This document shows, piece after piece, positions 38,243-51,188 of a DNA stretch of 64,000 bases. Each line of letters opens with the position of its first letter. Within the stretch, counting starts at the first letter, position 1. The DNA is from a virus (taxonomy: Duplodnaviria > Caudoviricetes), in IMG/VR virus record IMGVR_UViG_2700989005_000001, positions 1-64,000 of that record; one strand, 5' to 3'. The notes below the pieces were generated by a model that was not told where the DNA came from, searched no databases, and was given only the letters and a program-made list of their open reading frames with translations. Made by a program: the position numbers and the translations under genes.

Positions 38243-38664
38243 TGAAACATCTAAGTGAAATCAAAGTAGCTGCTGCTGAACTGCTAGAAGATGGTGATAT
38301 TTTAACGGATATGTACGGCTATACGTGTAATGAAATTGCGTTTCTTGTACGTTCTACAAAAGATGTAATGGAAAAATATTCGTCTTACGTTGACGTGAAA
38401 AACACGTTATCCGAGATTGCAGCGCCTTTTGTTAAGCGAGTTTATGACAATGCATTACAAGGCAAAATCGACTTGTCTGAAGCAGCACTGTCTAAGCTTA
38501 AAGCCTGTCTAAACGTCGATTATTACCGCGGTACGTTTATTCACGATATTGCTATTCAAGACAATGGCAAAGTAGATTTAGAGCTATTTACTGAATATCG
38601 TCGCCAATGGCTAGAGTTTATCTTGACTCAGCCGAGTGAACATGAAAATCAAAGAAAGGTATAA
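38242..38664 (+). CDS. YTC...RKxWL family paralog
   Basis: YTCN, TFIH, YRRQWLEFI. Confidence 0.75.
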   Translation: MKHLSEIKVAAAELLEDGDILTDMYGYTCNEIAFLVRSTKDVMEKYSSYVDVKNTLSEIAAPFVKRVYDNALQGKIDLSEAALSKLKACLNVDYYRGTFIHDIAIQDNGKVDLELFTEYRRQWLEFILTQPSEHENQRKV

Positions 38665-38666
38665 TC

Positions 38667-39989
38667 ATGACTTTAGCTGAACTAGCAGTAGAACATCCGT
38701 ATTACTGTGCTGATAGTAATTACCATAGTAACGAGTCGGGTGGTGTATTTGAGACAATGACAGAGTTTTTAGACGAGTTCGAAGACGCTGACGTTGATTA
38801 TAATCTAGTATTCCGTTGGGATGTCAAGCCGAACTTGTCTGAAGACTGCGAAACACCGCTTGATACGTACTACGCCGAGATCTTTATGATGCATCAACGT
38901 AAAGGTATTTTCGCGCCGTTCTTCATTCGTTCTATTACTGAAGACGAAGTACCGCGTTTTATCGAGTACTTGAAAGTACATCATCAAACAATGCAACAAC
39001 TATGGAAGCCACTATGATCATTAATATTCTAGCGTTTTATCTACTTGTCGCACTTGGTGCTTATCTGTATATTGCTGGTGGTGATTATGCCATGTACAAG
39101 CTCAAAGGCAAGTTAGACAACAAGTTCCCGATTACATCAATCGAAACGCATAAGTGCATTGCTTTCTTTAGTTTAATCTGGTTCGCACTTGTGCTATTCT
39201 TTATCAGAGACCGTATGCTTGATATGGTCAACTATTTCACGGGAAATAAAAAATGAAAGATTTAATTGTAGGTATTGCGACTGTTTTCGTAGTCGCGTTT
39301 ATGGCGATTGTTGGGGTTATCTGGTCGATAATTGAATTCCTCGTCGGGCTGGTGGTACTATTAGGTGCTGTCATCATCGGTATTGTTGCGACTGTACTCG
39401 GGGCGTTTCTCGCAGCAATTACATGGCCATTTGTAGAAGCTCATAAAGCTTACAAACGTAAGAAAAATGATTAATCTAAGATCATTGCTCGCCAGAGTCA
39501 AACAAGAGCGTGATGGTCCTGTATTCGATGAATGTCGATGTACTGTATGTCATAAAGACTTTGCAGTTGCAGATTGTATTCATGATTACGGGCATCACGA
39601 CGGTTGGGAAATGCCACCTTATACTGAAATTCAATGCCCTGAGTGTGAATGTGGTGGTTGTATTGAAGATTTCTGGTCGAGTGAAAAAGCAATTATTGAA
39701 CATGGTGAATATCTACGCGAACATAAACCATGTCAATTTGAAGAATACAAGACGTACTTCCCAGACGTGTATGGGGTTGATAATGAAACTCAAAAAAGGT
39801 AGTGTTTTAGAAGAGACTTTGCTCGGCGATGCGTTCAACTATGAAATTGTCTCGCCAGTGACGGTTCGGAAAGACAAGTATTCATTTGTAATGCAAGTTA
39901 TAAGTGTAGCTGGTAAGAAGATCGTTAATGGTTATCGTGCAAACATGACCATTAACAAAACGTCTAGTCGATTTAAAGTCATAAAGTGA
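38667..39989 (+). CDS. run of hypothetical genes (38667-39017, 39014-39256 membrane, 39253-39474 membrane, 39467-39802 Zn-finger, 39783-39989)
   Basis: coupled ORFs; hydrophobic segments and CxxC pairs. Confidence 0.65.
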
Positions 39990-40154
39990 GAAGCAAAATG
40001 TATAATGGTAATATGAACACTCCCGCGGGAATAGACTTAGACAAGCGTTCAGAATCGTACGAGGATTTCCTACTGAAGAGTAATGACAACTCTGAATATT
40101 CCCGTCGTGTAAAGCGCGCCATTAAAGCGAAACGAGCAAAGCGAGGTTATTAAC

Positions 40155-41704
40155 ATGATTTACCGTTTCTGGAAAACATCAAATGATATCTGTCTTATTG
40201 AAATGACAGACGACCATGCCAACGAAGGCAAACGAGCGTATATGACTGACATGAATGATCTATACAAAGAAGAACATGGTCGTTATATTCTGCTCGGTCA
40301 TATTCATGCTTGGGGTACTATTGACTTTAGTACTTACGATATTCGCGAGTTACGTTGTCTCGGCTCTATTGAAACACAAGATCTTACTTTATCAGCTCAA
40401 GATAAATCTATCTTACAGCGTTGTATTGATAAAGAGGGGTTTGATTACGCCATGTTCCATTACAGTGATTATCACACAGTCGAGCGCAATCGAGTTCACT
40501 CTAAAGATTTTCATGCACTGAGAAACAATCTAGTCTCTGCTAAACGTGAGCTTGAAACATGGTTATCTATGCAAGGGGTTGAGTTATGAAAGTAGGTGAC
40601 GTTGTTAAAGTCTCTGCTGCGCCAGCTAGTCGTTATCACAATATCGACGGTCAACCAGTGACTATAATTGCTATTACTGAACATGATAACAAGCCGTTAT
40701 ACGTGTTCTTTCATGGCGGTCAGAACGGTACTGGTTATGGGGCAATGTTAGAGCACGGGTTTAAACGATGAACAAGATGTATGCCATTCGTTCTTCTCTA
40801 TACGGGTTGTTATGGAAAGTCGTTATATTCTCAGACAACTACGACCGAAGAACTGTTTCATATCATTTCACTTACAACGGGGCTTATGAGTTATGTCGTA
40901 AGCTAAACGAGGAAAGACAATGATACAGGTACAACAAGTTTCACTAGATATTGACCAATGGCTTGAGTATTCTTTGCAGAAATTCGAAGACGCGAAATCG
41001 CAATATCTCAAAGCCGTTGCTACAGCGAATGCATTCTCATGGAAGAAAGAAGAACCAGTTCTGGTGAAAACGTTCTTCATGGAATACGGTGGTGAAAGTG
41101 ATCCTCGTTATCTGCTTGAGTTCTGGTCTGAAGTCAATGCATATATTGACGAGCACACGAGCGACGACTGGCAGTTTTGTTGTATTGAAGAAAACGAGTA
41201 TGACGCCAACGATGACCCGTATGAAGATTACGAAATGCTATCGACTTCTATTGCAGTATATGCAACGGTCAAAGGCGATGATTACACGCAGTCTGAAGAA
41301 TATCGAGCGTTGAAAGATGACGTTGATCGTTGTCTAGATCATCTATTAGAATGCAAGGAAAATTTCAAGCGGGAGTTTAACAAATGAGCCAAATGGAATA
41401 TAATAAAGGGGTATTGCATCCCACTAGAAAGTCGATTGAAGAACTAGCTGAAGAACTCGTAACAGATTTACCAAGCTATTACGATTCTAAAGTCGAATAT
41501 CTCTTGGATAATCACGTCGATTATGGGCTAGTTTTGGTTTGTGACAAACCTTACACTGTCACTTTTGAAGCCGAGCGCGAAGACCTATATCATATTGCAC
41601 GCGCTGACGTGCAAGAAAACGGTGATATTCATTTCGAGACGTATCACTATAACGGTGGTGCTCACTGGACTGAAGTAGTAGAAGGTGCATTGCGTGAAAG
41701 TTGA
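40155..41704 (+). CDS. hypothetical genes (40155-40589, 40586-40771, 40920-41387, 41384-41704)
   Basis: ORFs with RBS and overlaps. Confidence 0.65.
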
Positions 41705-42608
41705 TTCAGTAGACAAGATTGCCATGTACATGTCGATGGTGAGTAAAACCCCTTTTCGATACAAGGGTAATTTGTACGTCCCTAAGACGATGCGCATTCA
41801 AGAGAACATACGCAAGGGATTTTTATGTCCAGCGTCTTGTGGTTCATGTTGTGGTCGTTGGAGTTTAGATTATCTACCAAATGACTATCTCGATGAACAT
41901 GACACGCATGGTGTAGAGACACGCGCTCCGTTAGAAGCTCAATCTGACTTATACGAAAAGCGTGTAATCAATGTCAACGGGAAAGACGTAGTTTTACTTT
42001 CTGACACTCAAGAAAAAGATTACACGAATAGAACATTAAAGCCGAATGCATGTCGTAATGTCAGTATGACAGGTCGTTGTGATATTCACAATTTCGTATT
42101 ACAAGGTGATTATGGTCAACCGTTCTCATGTGATTTCGAAATCATACGTTTCATCTCACCTGCTGGTCATGCTCAAGGTCATGTAACAGAGAAGCAATTC
42201 AAAGAGGGTATTAGATACTCGATTGGTCGTATTACAACTGATCTGTATGCCAATGACCGTCATATGCGCGACGTACATGGTAAATGGCGTGAAATGAAGA
42301 GCTTGTCACACCCTGATTTTATCGATGTTAAACATGTTGATTTACCTGGCCCTAAGTGTAAACTAACTGACGTAGATGAAGACAGCGTTGCCGATGCGAT
42401 TCGTAAGTTTCGTCGTCTACAAGTATGGAGTGATTACTTCGGTATTGAGACGTGGTTAGATGAGATCATCGACTGGCTTGAAACGAAGAAGTTCGGTTCA
42501 TTTGTTGTTAATGCACAGCCACAGACGAAATTCAAAGAATCAGATACAGGTTATACGAACATGAAGCCGTATGAACTAAGTGATTATGAGAAAAATGAAG
42601 ATAATTGA
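41694..42608 (+). CDS. CxxxCxxCC cysteine-cluster (YkgJ-like, putative Fe-S) protein
   Basis: CPASCGSCC, NAC...GRCDIH...PFSC. Confidence 0.6.
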   Translation: MKVDSVDKIAMYMSMVSKTPFRYKGNLYVPKTMRIQENIRKGFLCPASCGSCCGRWSLDYLPNDYLDEHDTHGVETRAPLEAQSDLYEKRVINVNGKDVVLLSDTQEKDYTNRTLKPNACRNVSMTGRCDIHNFVLQGDYGQPFSCDFEIIRFISPAGHAQGHVTEKQFKEGIRYSIGRITTDLYANDRHMRDVHGKWREMKSLSHPDFIDVKHVDLPGPKCKLTDVDEDSVADAIRKFRRLQVWSDYFGIETWLDEIIDWLETKKFGSFVVNAQPQTKFKESDTGYTNMKPYELSDYEKNEDN

Positions 42609-42937
42609 TGGTTGTCAATGGTGATTATCTAATGAGAATAGTTGAATTAGAAGCGCAAATGAAAGCTCTTCAGAAAGAGATTGACGAAGAGCGTGATAAA
42701 TGTCGTCATACAAGAGTCACGTATACTATTGGTTCAAATGACAGTGGTGATTGGCGTGATGTTCGTTGTATTGACTGCAAGACCGTACATCGTTTCTACT
42801 CTCATGTTGATATATTAAACTATCATATGCAACGTGAGATTGGTAGTGATTTGAGTATTGAAGAAGAGAAGTACAAAATCTACTTGCAAGTTAAAGCAGC
42901 GATTGACGGTGAGCCAGTTCCACCATATCCATATTAA
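42605..42937 (+). CDS. coiled-coil plus zinc-ribbon protein (paralog of 43516-43818)
   Basis: CRHTRV...CIDC. Confidence 0.7.
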   Translation: MMVVNGDYLMRIVELEAQMKALQKEIDEERDKCRHTRVTYTIGSNDSGDWRDVRCIDCKTVHRFYSHVDILNYHMQREIGSDLSIEEEKYKIYLQVKAAIDGEPVPPYPY

Positions 42938-42945
42938 GGACTAAC

Positions 42946-43515
42946 ATGGCAAAACTTTACTACAATTATTCCGCTATGAACGCGGGCAAATCTGCACAGT
43001 TGTTACAAGCTGCTCATAACTATGAACAGACTGGTTCTACTGTGTGGTATTTTAACTACTACCAAGACAATCGTTTTGGTGGAACTGGTAAGATCTCAAG
43101 TCGTATTGGGCTTGAGCATGATGCAGTATTGTACTCTGAGGACTTCGACTTCATTGACTATGCGTTATTTGAACTAGTTCCTGCTGCGATTTTCGTTGAC
43201 GAATGTCAGTTTCTAACTGAGAAACAAGTACTTCAGCTTGCTACTCTTGTTGATCAGTACAACATACCAGTGCTTTGTTATGGCATACGTAATGATTACA
43301 TGGGTAATTTGTTTGCGGGTTCTGCTGCATTGATGTGCCATGCCGATGAGATTCGCGAAATCAAAGCAATGTGTTCAGTTGATGGTTGTCATAAGAAAGC
43401 AACACATATCGGCTTGTACATCGATGGTGAGCGCGTAACAGAAGGCGAGCAGACACATATCGGTGATACTGATTACCGTAGTATGTGTCGTAAGCATTTT
43501 CTAAAGGGGATTTAG
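42946..43515 (+). CDS. tk: thymidine kinase
   Basis: SAMNAGKS, SSRIG, VDECQF, C-terminal Zn site and CRKHF. Confidence 0.95.
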   Translation: MAKLYYNYSAMNAGKSAQLLQAAHNYEQTGSTVWYFNYYQDNRFGGTGKISSRIGLEHDAVLYSEDFDFIDYALFELVPAAIFVDECQFLTEKQVLQLATLVDQYNIPVLCYGIRNDYMGNLFAGSAALMCHADEIREIKAMCSVDGCHKKATHIGLYIDGERVTEGEQTHIGDTDYRSMCRKHFLKGI

Positions 43516-43818
43516 ATGGACAGCGTATTTGAATTAGAAGCGCAGATTGCCGAGCTTCAACATAAGTTAGAACAAGAGCGCAGTCGTTGCCAACATACTC
43601 GTGTGGCTTATGAACTCAAGTCTAACACGGGCAATTACGACCCGACGTGTGATTGTTATTGGAATGAAGTGAAATGCATTGACTGTGGTACTCGTATGCA
43701 TTTTGATTCAGACGATGACAATATAAATTATCGTCTTAAAGGTGTAATCGGTTCTGAAGCGCAAATTCAGAAGACCGATTACGAAACATATTTGAAAGTG
43801 AAAAGGGTGTTGGGATGA
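43516..43818 (+). CDS. coiled-coil plus zinc-ribbon protein
   Basis: CQHTRV...CIDC. Confidence 0.7.
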   Translation: MDSVFELEAQIAELQHKLEQERSRCQHTRVAYELKSNTGNYDPTCDCYWNEVKCIDCGTRMHFDSDDDNINYRLKGVIGSEAQIQKTDYETYLKVKRVLG

Positions 43819-44766
43819 AATACGTACGTTATACAGAATATAACGATCACGAAGGTGAAACATGGCATCGTTTTATACCGATGACAGACCCGTGTTTAGA
43901 CAAGTTTCTAGATGTCATGAAGCTAGTTGAAGATGATCCCGAAGAATCGTATTCGATTGAAGTCGATGCCGACGGTAAAGTTGTTCAATACGACGAATCA
44001 TACGTGAAAGTTCTTGAAGAAGAAAGTACGTATATGAGCGGTTACATGGACGTGTATGCCGTATGTAATATTAACGAAAAGCTATTCGAATGGGTTGCCG
44101 ATGTCGAAAATGACGTTGAAGCAACTTGCGAACTACTATACAAAATGGGGTGGGCAAAATGAGCCAAGCACTATATGACGCAGTAAAAGCGTACAACGAC
44201 GAACATGGTTATTCAAACGAGCCAGATTCGATGTATGAAACATTTGTAGAATGTTTGAGCAAGCGAGTCGTCCAAGAAGAAACCGATTCTGAGCATCGTT
44301 GGTATGACGTTCGTTCTGTCGTACATGCTGTTGACATCGACGGTGTAGAGCGTTACTTCGCTACGTTTGATTATCACATTACTGGTGATAACTGTGCCAG
44401 TGACATGTGTTTAGACATGCCGACGCTTGATGATGTAGCAGAAGTTCATCCGCATCAAGTGACAATGACTGTTTACAAGTAATGGACAAATGTACATTAA
44501 CTGCGTTATGTGAGCGGGCGGCTTTGTTGTCTGTTCACTTACCAGTTGAGAAGCGTGACCGTTGTCTATCTATGATTGATGTGCTACTAGCTAATTCACA
44601 TTGGCCCGATCTAAAGATTGGTGGTTGGTTAGAGCACATTATCACAGTGTGTATTGAAAACGATATAACGACTATCGACGCAGAGCGTGAATTCAGTCGT
44701 CCGATAAAACATGCGTATTACAGAAGTATAGGTCTTGAACCGCCAGTGACAATTGATCTATCATAA
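43815..44766 (+). CDS. hypothetical genes (43815-44162, 44159-44482, 44482-44766)
   Basis: coupled ORFs. Confidence 0.65.
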
Positions 44767-44798
44767 GTAATACGTAAGTCATCAAATAAGGAACAACA

Positions 44799-45092
44799 AT
44801 GAAAAGCTTTAAAGAATTCAACGAGTCGGTCATGCGCGTATCGAAAAATTTCATATACAACACGCCGAATCGAAACATCGATCTAGTTGTGTTAGATGTA
44901 ACTGATGATTCTGGTAATTGGAATGTATCAGGTGATACAGTTCATTATGTTGAGTATACAGGTGTGAGTGTAAGTGAAGTGAAAACAGCAAGCGTAGCGC
45001 AGTTTACTTCTCTTGTAACTAAACGCGGTTCTCGATTAGATCGTGGTCAGATTGAAAAGATAAAAAGCGGTGAAGATTTAATTAGCCGTTAA
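44799..45092 (+). CDS. putative internal head protein
   Basis: MKSFKEFNE CTS-like start; late-type CATAAGTA at 44762. Confidence 0.65.
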   Translation: MKSFKEFNESVMRVSKNFIYNTPNRNIDLVVLDVTDDSGNWNVSGDTVHYVEYTGVSVSEVKTASVAQFTSLVTKRGSRLDRGQIEKIKSGEDLISR

Positions 45093-45104
45093 TTAGCCGT
45101 TAAT

Positions 45105-45129
45105 AAAGCCCCTTAATTGGGGCTTTTTT
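45105..45129 (+). terminator. intrinsic terminator
   Basis: AAAGCCCC-ttaatt-GGGGCTTT plus T-run. Confidence 0.88.
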
Positions 45130-45177
45130 AGGTCTGAAGAAAAATAAAAGAAAAAAGTTTAAGTTTTTTGCAAAAAG

Positions 45178-45267
45178 TGGTTGCGTGGTGAATGGTGATT
45201 TAGTATTATATCTACATCGAAACGAGATACACAATCTTAAACGACTTAACTAAGAGAGAACATTATG
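45178..45267 (+). promoter_or_regulatory. early promoter cassette
   Basis: TTGCGT-N17-TATTAT, CTACATCGAAACGAGATAC...GAGAACATTATG. Confidence 0.8.
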
Positions 45268-48200
45268 CCAAGCAATCTAAACAACATCAAAATCAAAGAC
45301 ATTCGCGAATTCGGTATCAGCACTATTTTATACAAAGATTTCACTATCTTTGCTACTGAAGAAGCAGATGAGATTGTACTACGCGCTGCTGTATGTTACG
45401 ACGAAAACTCAGACGCACACGTATCAGTGACTGAAGTATGCGGTGACACTCTTAAAGAAGCGAAAGCTTACTTGCAAGCTGAGTTGAACGACATCGAGCA
45501 CACTGCTGGTCAAATCGCTGAAATGGCAATTGCACAAGATGACTTCACTGGTCAATACGAAGACCTAGTTGCGAAATGCACTGCTCCGAAAGTTGAAAAA
45601 CCAGTAGAAGTTAAAGCCGAAGCGCCTAAGAAAACTAACGTACGTGGTCAAGCAGCACGTGAATTAGTAGCTGAGAAAGCAACAGAGATTCTTGGTATGA
45701 CTGACATCACTTTTGAGCAGCGTGGCAAGTACAAAGATTGGTACATCATGAGCAACGACGCTGAAGGCAATGCATTTGAGCAACGTCTAGACGTATTCAA
45801 GAAGAAACTAGTAGTAATGGGAGCACTGTAATGCAAAAGATTTATGTTGTACGCTATCAAACTGACATGACTGAAGGGCGCGGTATGATGAAACCAACCG
45901 CGTATTTCACAAACGAAGATGATGCATGGGCTTGTACTAAAGGTAAGACTGGTGTCATGGGTCGCAAGCCTGCAAAAGGCGACTGGCGAAATGAATCGTA
46001 CCCTGATTGGGATGTTAAAGAAATTACAGTGTACGAGTCACTTGACGAAAGCACAGCCGCGCATAGAGAGAGTCTAAAGCAAGCTGCGTTAGCGAAACTA
46101 AGCAAAGAAGAGCGATGGGCGTTGGGACTATGACAAGACAACAAGAGCGTATTCTAGAAGGTCTACGCAACGGCACGATGATCGCATACGCTTACACTAG
46201 CAATAACAAGCTATGCTTTCATGAGCAGCAAAACAGACCGTGTGTATTGCCGATGACGATTACGTGTCGTGCTTTACTCAAGAAAGGTTTAATTTCGCTT
46301 GCAGATCATACGAGCGTATCATTAGAGCATTATCAAGGTGAGGCACAGCATGTTAGCGTTAATTAAATCGCGAGTTGTATACGACAGAATCCCTATTAAC
46401 ACTGCTGAAGAGCTTCGCGATAACATTACTGATGTTCGCATGTTCAATGACGAATTAGACTTGTTCTACCCGTGCGGTAAGCCGGGTATGGTCAAGCGTC
46501 TGTGTTTTGTCAAAGCGGCAGATGTTGATTTCGACGGTGAGACATACGATGATGCACTGACACACTTTCAAGAGAATTACAAGAAGTATTGGGAGGTGAT
46601 AAATGTCTGATATTACAGCTATCGTATACTTCGGTTCGTACTTCGGTGTTATGTTGTTGATTATCGCGTATTACATTTACTACGAAGTTAAAAACAACAA
46701 AGAGAAGACAACGAGTGATTTTGCTCAACGTGTTCTAGTGATTGGTATGTTATGGCCCTTTATTTCAATCTTTATAATTGTGATTGGGTCGGCAATTGCT
46801 GTAGAAAAGTTATTCATAATGGTTGTAAACAAGCTAAAAGGCAGATAAAATGGTAAATCAAATCAGACGTATTAACGGTGAAGATTTTATTGTGAAATCT
46901 CATCGAGATAACAAGTGTGAAGTACAAAAACTTTCACATGCTGAATTAGTTCTTGACACGTACGAAGTTCATGAGCTAGAATCTTTCGAACTGATTACAA
47001 CACTATATGATACATTTTAAGGACATATTATGAACATCAAAGATTTGAGATTTTTCTTTCGCGGCGATGACGCATACGTTGCAATTCACACTACGAATTC
47101 AAATTATTTTCTACACAGCATGCCTGCTACAGAGAACGGTTTTGTTGTTGTGCCAAAAAATCAGATGCACAAATATGAAAGCTTTACGTATGATGAATAT
47201 AGAAATGCATTCAGTAATTGGGACGACGAAGATTTCATCAACGAAGTTGAATGGGTTTATAAGCTTGGTAGTGATATTCTCGAATCTCGTAAAGAAAAGC
47301 AACGTGCAAGGTCTGCTGAAAACTACCAAAAACGAAAGCAGAAAAAATCTATGGGGAATGACGAGAATAGTTCTCAACCCTCATTGAATACGCCGATGGG
47401 ATACGCTGTTGCGTTGATGCGCAATGATTTATCGGCTCGTGAGCTACTATCGATGCATGACGGTCTTGCTTCTTCTGAGCAAATGTATTTGAAACACGTC
47501 GAGAATGTTACAGGTGAACCGAGAGGTTCGGCAACAATTTTCAATGCAAAACGATTGTTAAAAACGACTCTACGTTCACAAGAAATCAGTGAAATCAATG
47601 CAGAGATTCAACGTCTTGAGCAACTAAAAGCACAACTTGCAAACAAATAAAACTTTATCCAAAACTTGAGAGAAAAACATTATGAACAAATCAGTACAAC
47701 TAGTAATCGCATTCGCTGGAACTTACATGCCAACTGCATACGAGCTTGGTCAGAATTTCTACGACGAAAGCAAAAGCGATACATATATCGACTCAGTGCG
47801 TCGTCAATGTGCTAAAGAGCTTGAAGAAGGTGTGAAAGCGGGATTGCTAACTCGCGTCAAAGGTAAGAAATACGCAGGTTCTACTAAGTTTGCACACCGT
47901 TACACATGTCGTAAGTACGCTGACAAGATTGGTCTGAAGAACGTACAGTACCGTGACGGTCGCAATGCTCCACCACGCACTGGTATTATTGCACTGATTG
48001 AAAAATGTATTGCCGAAATGATTGTCGATAAGTCGTACCGTCATAAGAAATTCACTTCGAACGAAGTTGGTATCGAGACTGTTATTCAATACATTCGAGA
48101 AGGCAAAACACCTGCTGCACGCAAGATCTTGCGCAGCCACGCGAACACATATGAAAAGAACGTAAAATACGTTGTTCGCAATCATCGCGGTGTGCTTGAT

Positions 48201-50274
48201 GACCAAGCTGTTAATTTGCAAGACTTGGTGAAATAATGCAACCAATAGACGTAAGAGAAAGATTGCCGCATGAAAGCGGCACTTATCTCTGTATCAGATA
48301 CGGTATGCCGTATAAACCAGAGCCAATTGAATTCGATGCGGGCGATGAGCAACTAGATGAAGAGCCAAGATGGTTTGATTCTCTAAGTCACATGCATGGT
48401 GGTGGCGGTGGTGTTAAACGTTACTGTGAACTGACTAACGCAGAGAAATACTGGCGAACCAACTTCGGTAAAGTGATTTATTGGTTCGAATCACCTGAGA
48501 ATCACATGAGTGGTCACGATTTCAAAGATTACATGATTGCAGAACTTAGTAGTCGCGGTATTGACCCAGATGAAATCACTGGCGGCTGGGAAAAAATTGA
48601 ACACGGAGATATCAAATGCATCAAATGACAGTACACGTATGCGACTACTGCGATTTTCAAAGCATATTACAAGGTGAAGTTGCAGCTCATGAAAAGCGTT
48701 GCGCACAGCACGACACGTTTTTAAAAGTCAAAGCAATTCAGCAAGCACAAGCAAGCGCATATCTTGATACGATTCGTTTACGTGCATGTTCGTTCAAGCA
48801 CTTGTTTGAAATCATTCAAGATGAAGAAGACATGATCATCGAAGCGGTTCACGTGTTACACTACTACGGTGAAGAGCGTAAAACACCGCGAATGATGAAT
48901 GTCAGATGGGAATATTGTCTTTTCAGTACTCAACACAAGCCATTTATCGAAGCGCGTATGACACACAGTGCGCCAGTTGGTGAGAATACTTGCTCGATGT
49001 GGTCAGAAAACAACGAAGATATTAAGCGCGGTCTAGCTTGCAATATTCGTTGTCATTGGGAACAACAAGGTAGTAGAAAATCGTTTGATTTGTATCGCAA
49101 GTATCTAGGACACATACCAGGTGTTAACTGTGGTTCGGGCGGTGGGGTTGGACAATGCAATTCTTATCTAACACTATGGAAAGATGACTTTCCGTTAATT
49201 CGAGGTTAACATGAATTTAGAAGAATACCGAGCAAAGTGCGAAGAAATTTTAGAAAACGCTGAACGTTACGCGAACGCGATTCACCCTTATTTGAGTGAT
49301 TATGAAAATCGAGAGATTCATGGTTCTATGCGATTTGTCAGTGCTACAATCGACGAAGAAGGTGATATCTGTATTCTATTTGAAGATCGTTTCCGCGGTG
49401 AAGTGTTTGACGACAGCGTTTACACGTACGACATTGGTGATTTCTTTACCACTGAATCGACAGACGCAGAGATTGCTTCATATATCGAACAAGCAGAAAA
49501 AAGAAAGCTTGAACGCGAAGCGCGAATCGAAAAGAAAAAAGAAGACGAGAAAGCCGCAATTGAAGCGCGAGAACGCGCTGAGTTGAAACGTCTTTCTGAA
49601 AAATACCAATAGAGGTTAACATGAAATACGTATTGAAAGAAGAAGGTCGCAACTCAAGTCACATCCCTACTGGCGACATTGGTTTACTCGCACACGAAGA
49701 TGAAGAAAATTACGTCTACGTGTATTGGTTTAGTGTTGATGAGTTGCATCATTATCATAAGTCCGATAATGCAATCTCAATTCAAACCAACGACTGTCCT
49801 GACAAGAAAGCTATTGCGCGTGCTAAACATCTACTTGAAATGGGTCAGACAACTGACGAAGAACGCGAAGAAACGATGACGTTCTTCCAAAATAAAGTTC
49901 AAAATGTTCTTCACAACGCGACTGAGTTTGCAAATCGCATCAAATACAATTTGTCGGAATTTGAACAATTCGACTGCTCTGAATTCACGCTGACAAGCGT
50001 AGTGTTAGACGAAGATGGTGATGTCTGTATTCGCTTTGATGAAATGTACGCGGGTGGTGATGAGGGTGTGATTACGTACTCTCATAACATTCAAGACTTC
50101 TGGGACGCTGAAAGCACTGTAAAAACGATTCAAGGTTACATTGACGAGGCGACGCAACGAGACAAGAAAATGAAACTTGAACAAGAGCGCGAACAGAAAG
50201 AAAACGAAACTCAAGAGAAAAAAGAGCTTAAACGTCTCATGCAGAAATACATTTTCAGTGAATTACAAATTTAA
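45265..50274 (+). CDS. early operon of hypothetical genes (45265-45831, 45831-46133, 46130-46366, 46350-46610, 46603-46848, 47030-47650, 47682-48236, 48236-48628, 48616-49209, 49211-49612, 49621-50274)
   Basis: contiguous coupled ORFs; the last two share a DE.GD.CI.F domain. Confidence 0.65.
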
Positions 50275-50280
50275 CTAAAA

Positions 50281-50351
50281 AAAGGGTTGCTTCGGCGACC
50301 CTTTTTGCGTATTATAGCTACATCGAAACGAGATACAGAGAGAACATTATG
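50281..50351 (+). promoter_or_regulatory. terminator/-35 hairpin early promoter cassette
   Basis: AAAGGGTTGC-TTCG-GCGACCCTTT, TATTATAGCTACATCGAAACGAGATACAGAGAGAACATTATG. Confidence 0.85.
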
Positions 50352-51188
50352 AACTACACAACTGAAACAATCAAAGCTTGCATGAATCTAGTTGCTACAT
50401 TGAAATCAGACAAGATTACAAAAGGTAATGTTGAGAAGCTTCGCGCTGCATATCGCGCACAGCAAGATCAAGAAGTGTCTATTGCTATGTCTTCTATCTG
50501 TTCGATTGCAGAGCGTCATTTAGACCGAAAAGCAGCGAATCGTCCTGCAATGAGCAAGTGTGCTGAATCTTACTTGAACTTTGATTGGCGTGATATCCCG
50601 GGTTGTGTTGGTTTTTCACGTGAAGTACTAGAGGTGTAACATGGTTAGTCTTTTAAAAGCAGTTAATAGTGAGTTCACGAGCTATACAGATCGCGTACTG
50701 CCATCTGTAATCGCAGAGAAAGTCGCTAGTGCGTGTGAGCAAGAATATTGGGCAACGTTTTACACACACGATTGCAAGTCACTTGACACCGCTGATCGTG
50801 ATGTCGTATTCGATCTTATTGCAAACGAGCTTGGTCTTGAAAATGGGTGGCCTATGTATGGTTCTTCTGACGAGTACAAGCAACAGTTCAAACAAGAACT
50901 TGAGAAATTGGAGACAGCATGAAACTACTAGTTAAAATCAAAGAATTTCTTTTCCCGACGATTACACCACCTGAAATAGGTGAAAGATATCTTCAAATTG
51001 ACAAAGATTGGGTTGACACGAGCGTCGGAGCGAATATAATCGAAGTCGTGAATGTATCGAAAGACGGTAAGCACATACAATATGATTGGGTGTGCATCGA
51101 GGGCAAAGACCATTCGATATCGTCTAGAACTACATACGAAATGTCAACACATCACCTTTATAACTATTTCGAGAAACATAATGACTAG
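50349..51188 (+). CDS. hypothetical genes (50349-50639, 50641-50922, 50919-51188)
   Basis: ORFs after cassette. Confidence 0.7.

Noticed and set aside
45081-45102. 11-bp tandem duplication ATTAGCCGTTA
   Set aside because: Duplicates the stop-codon region only; likely slippage.
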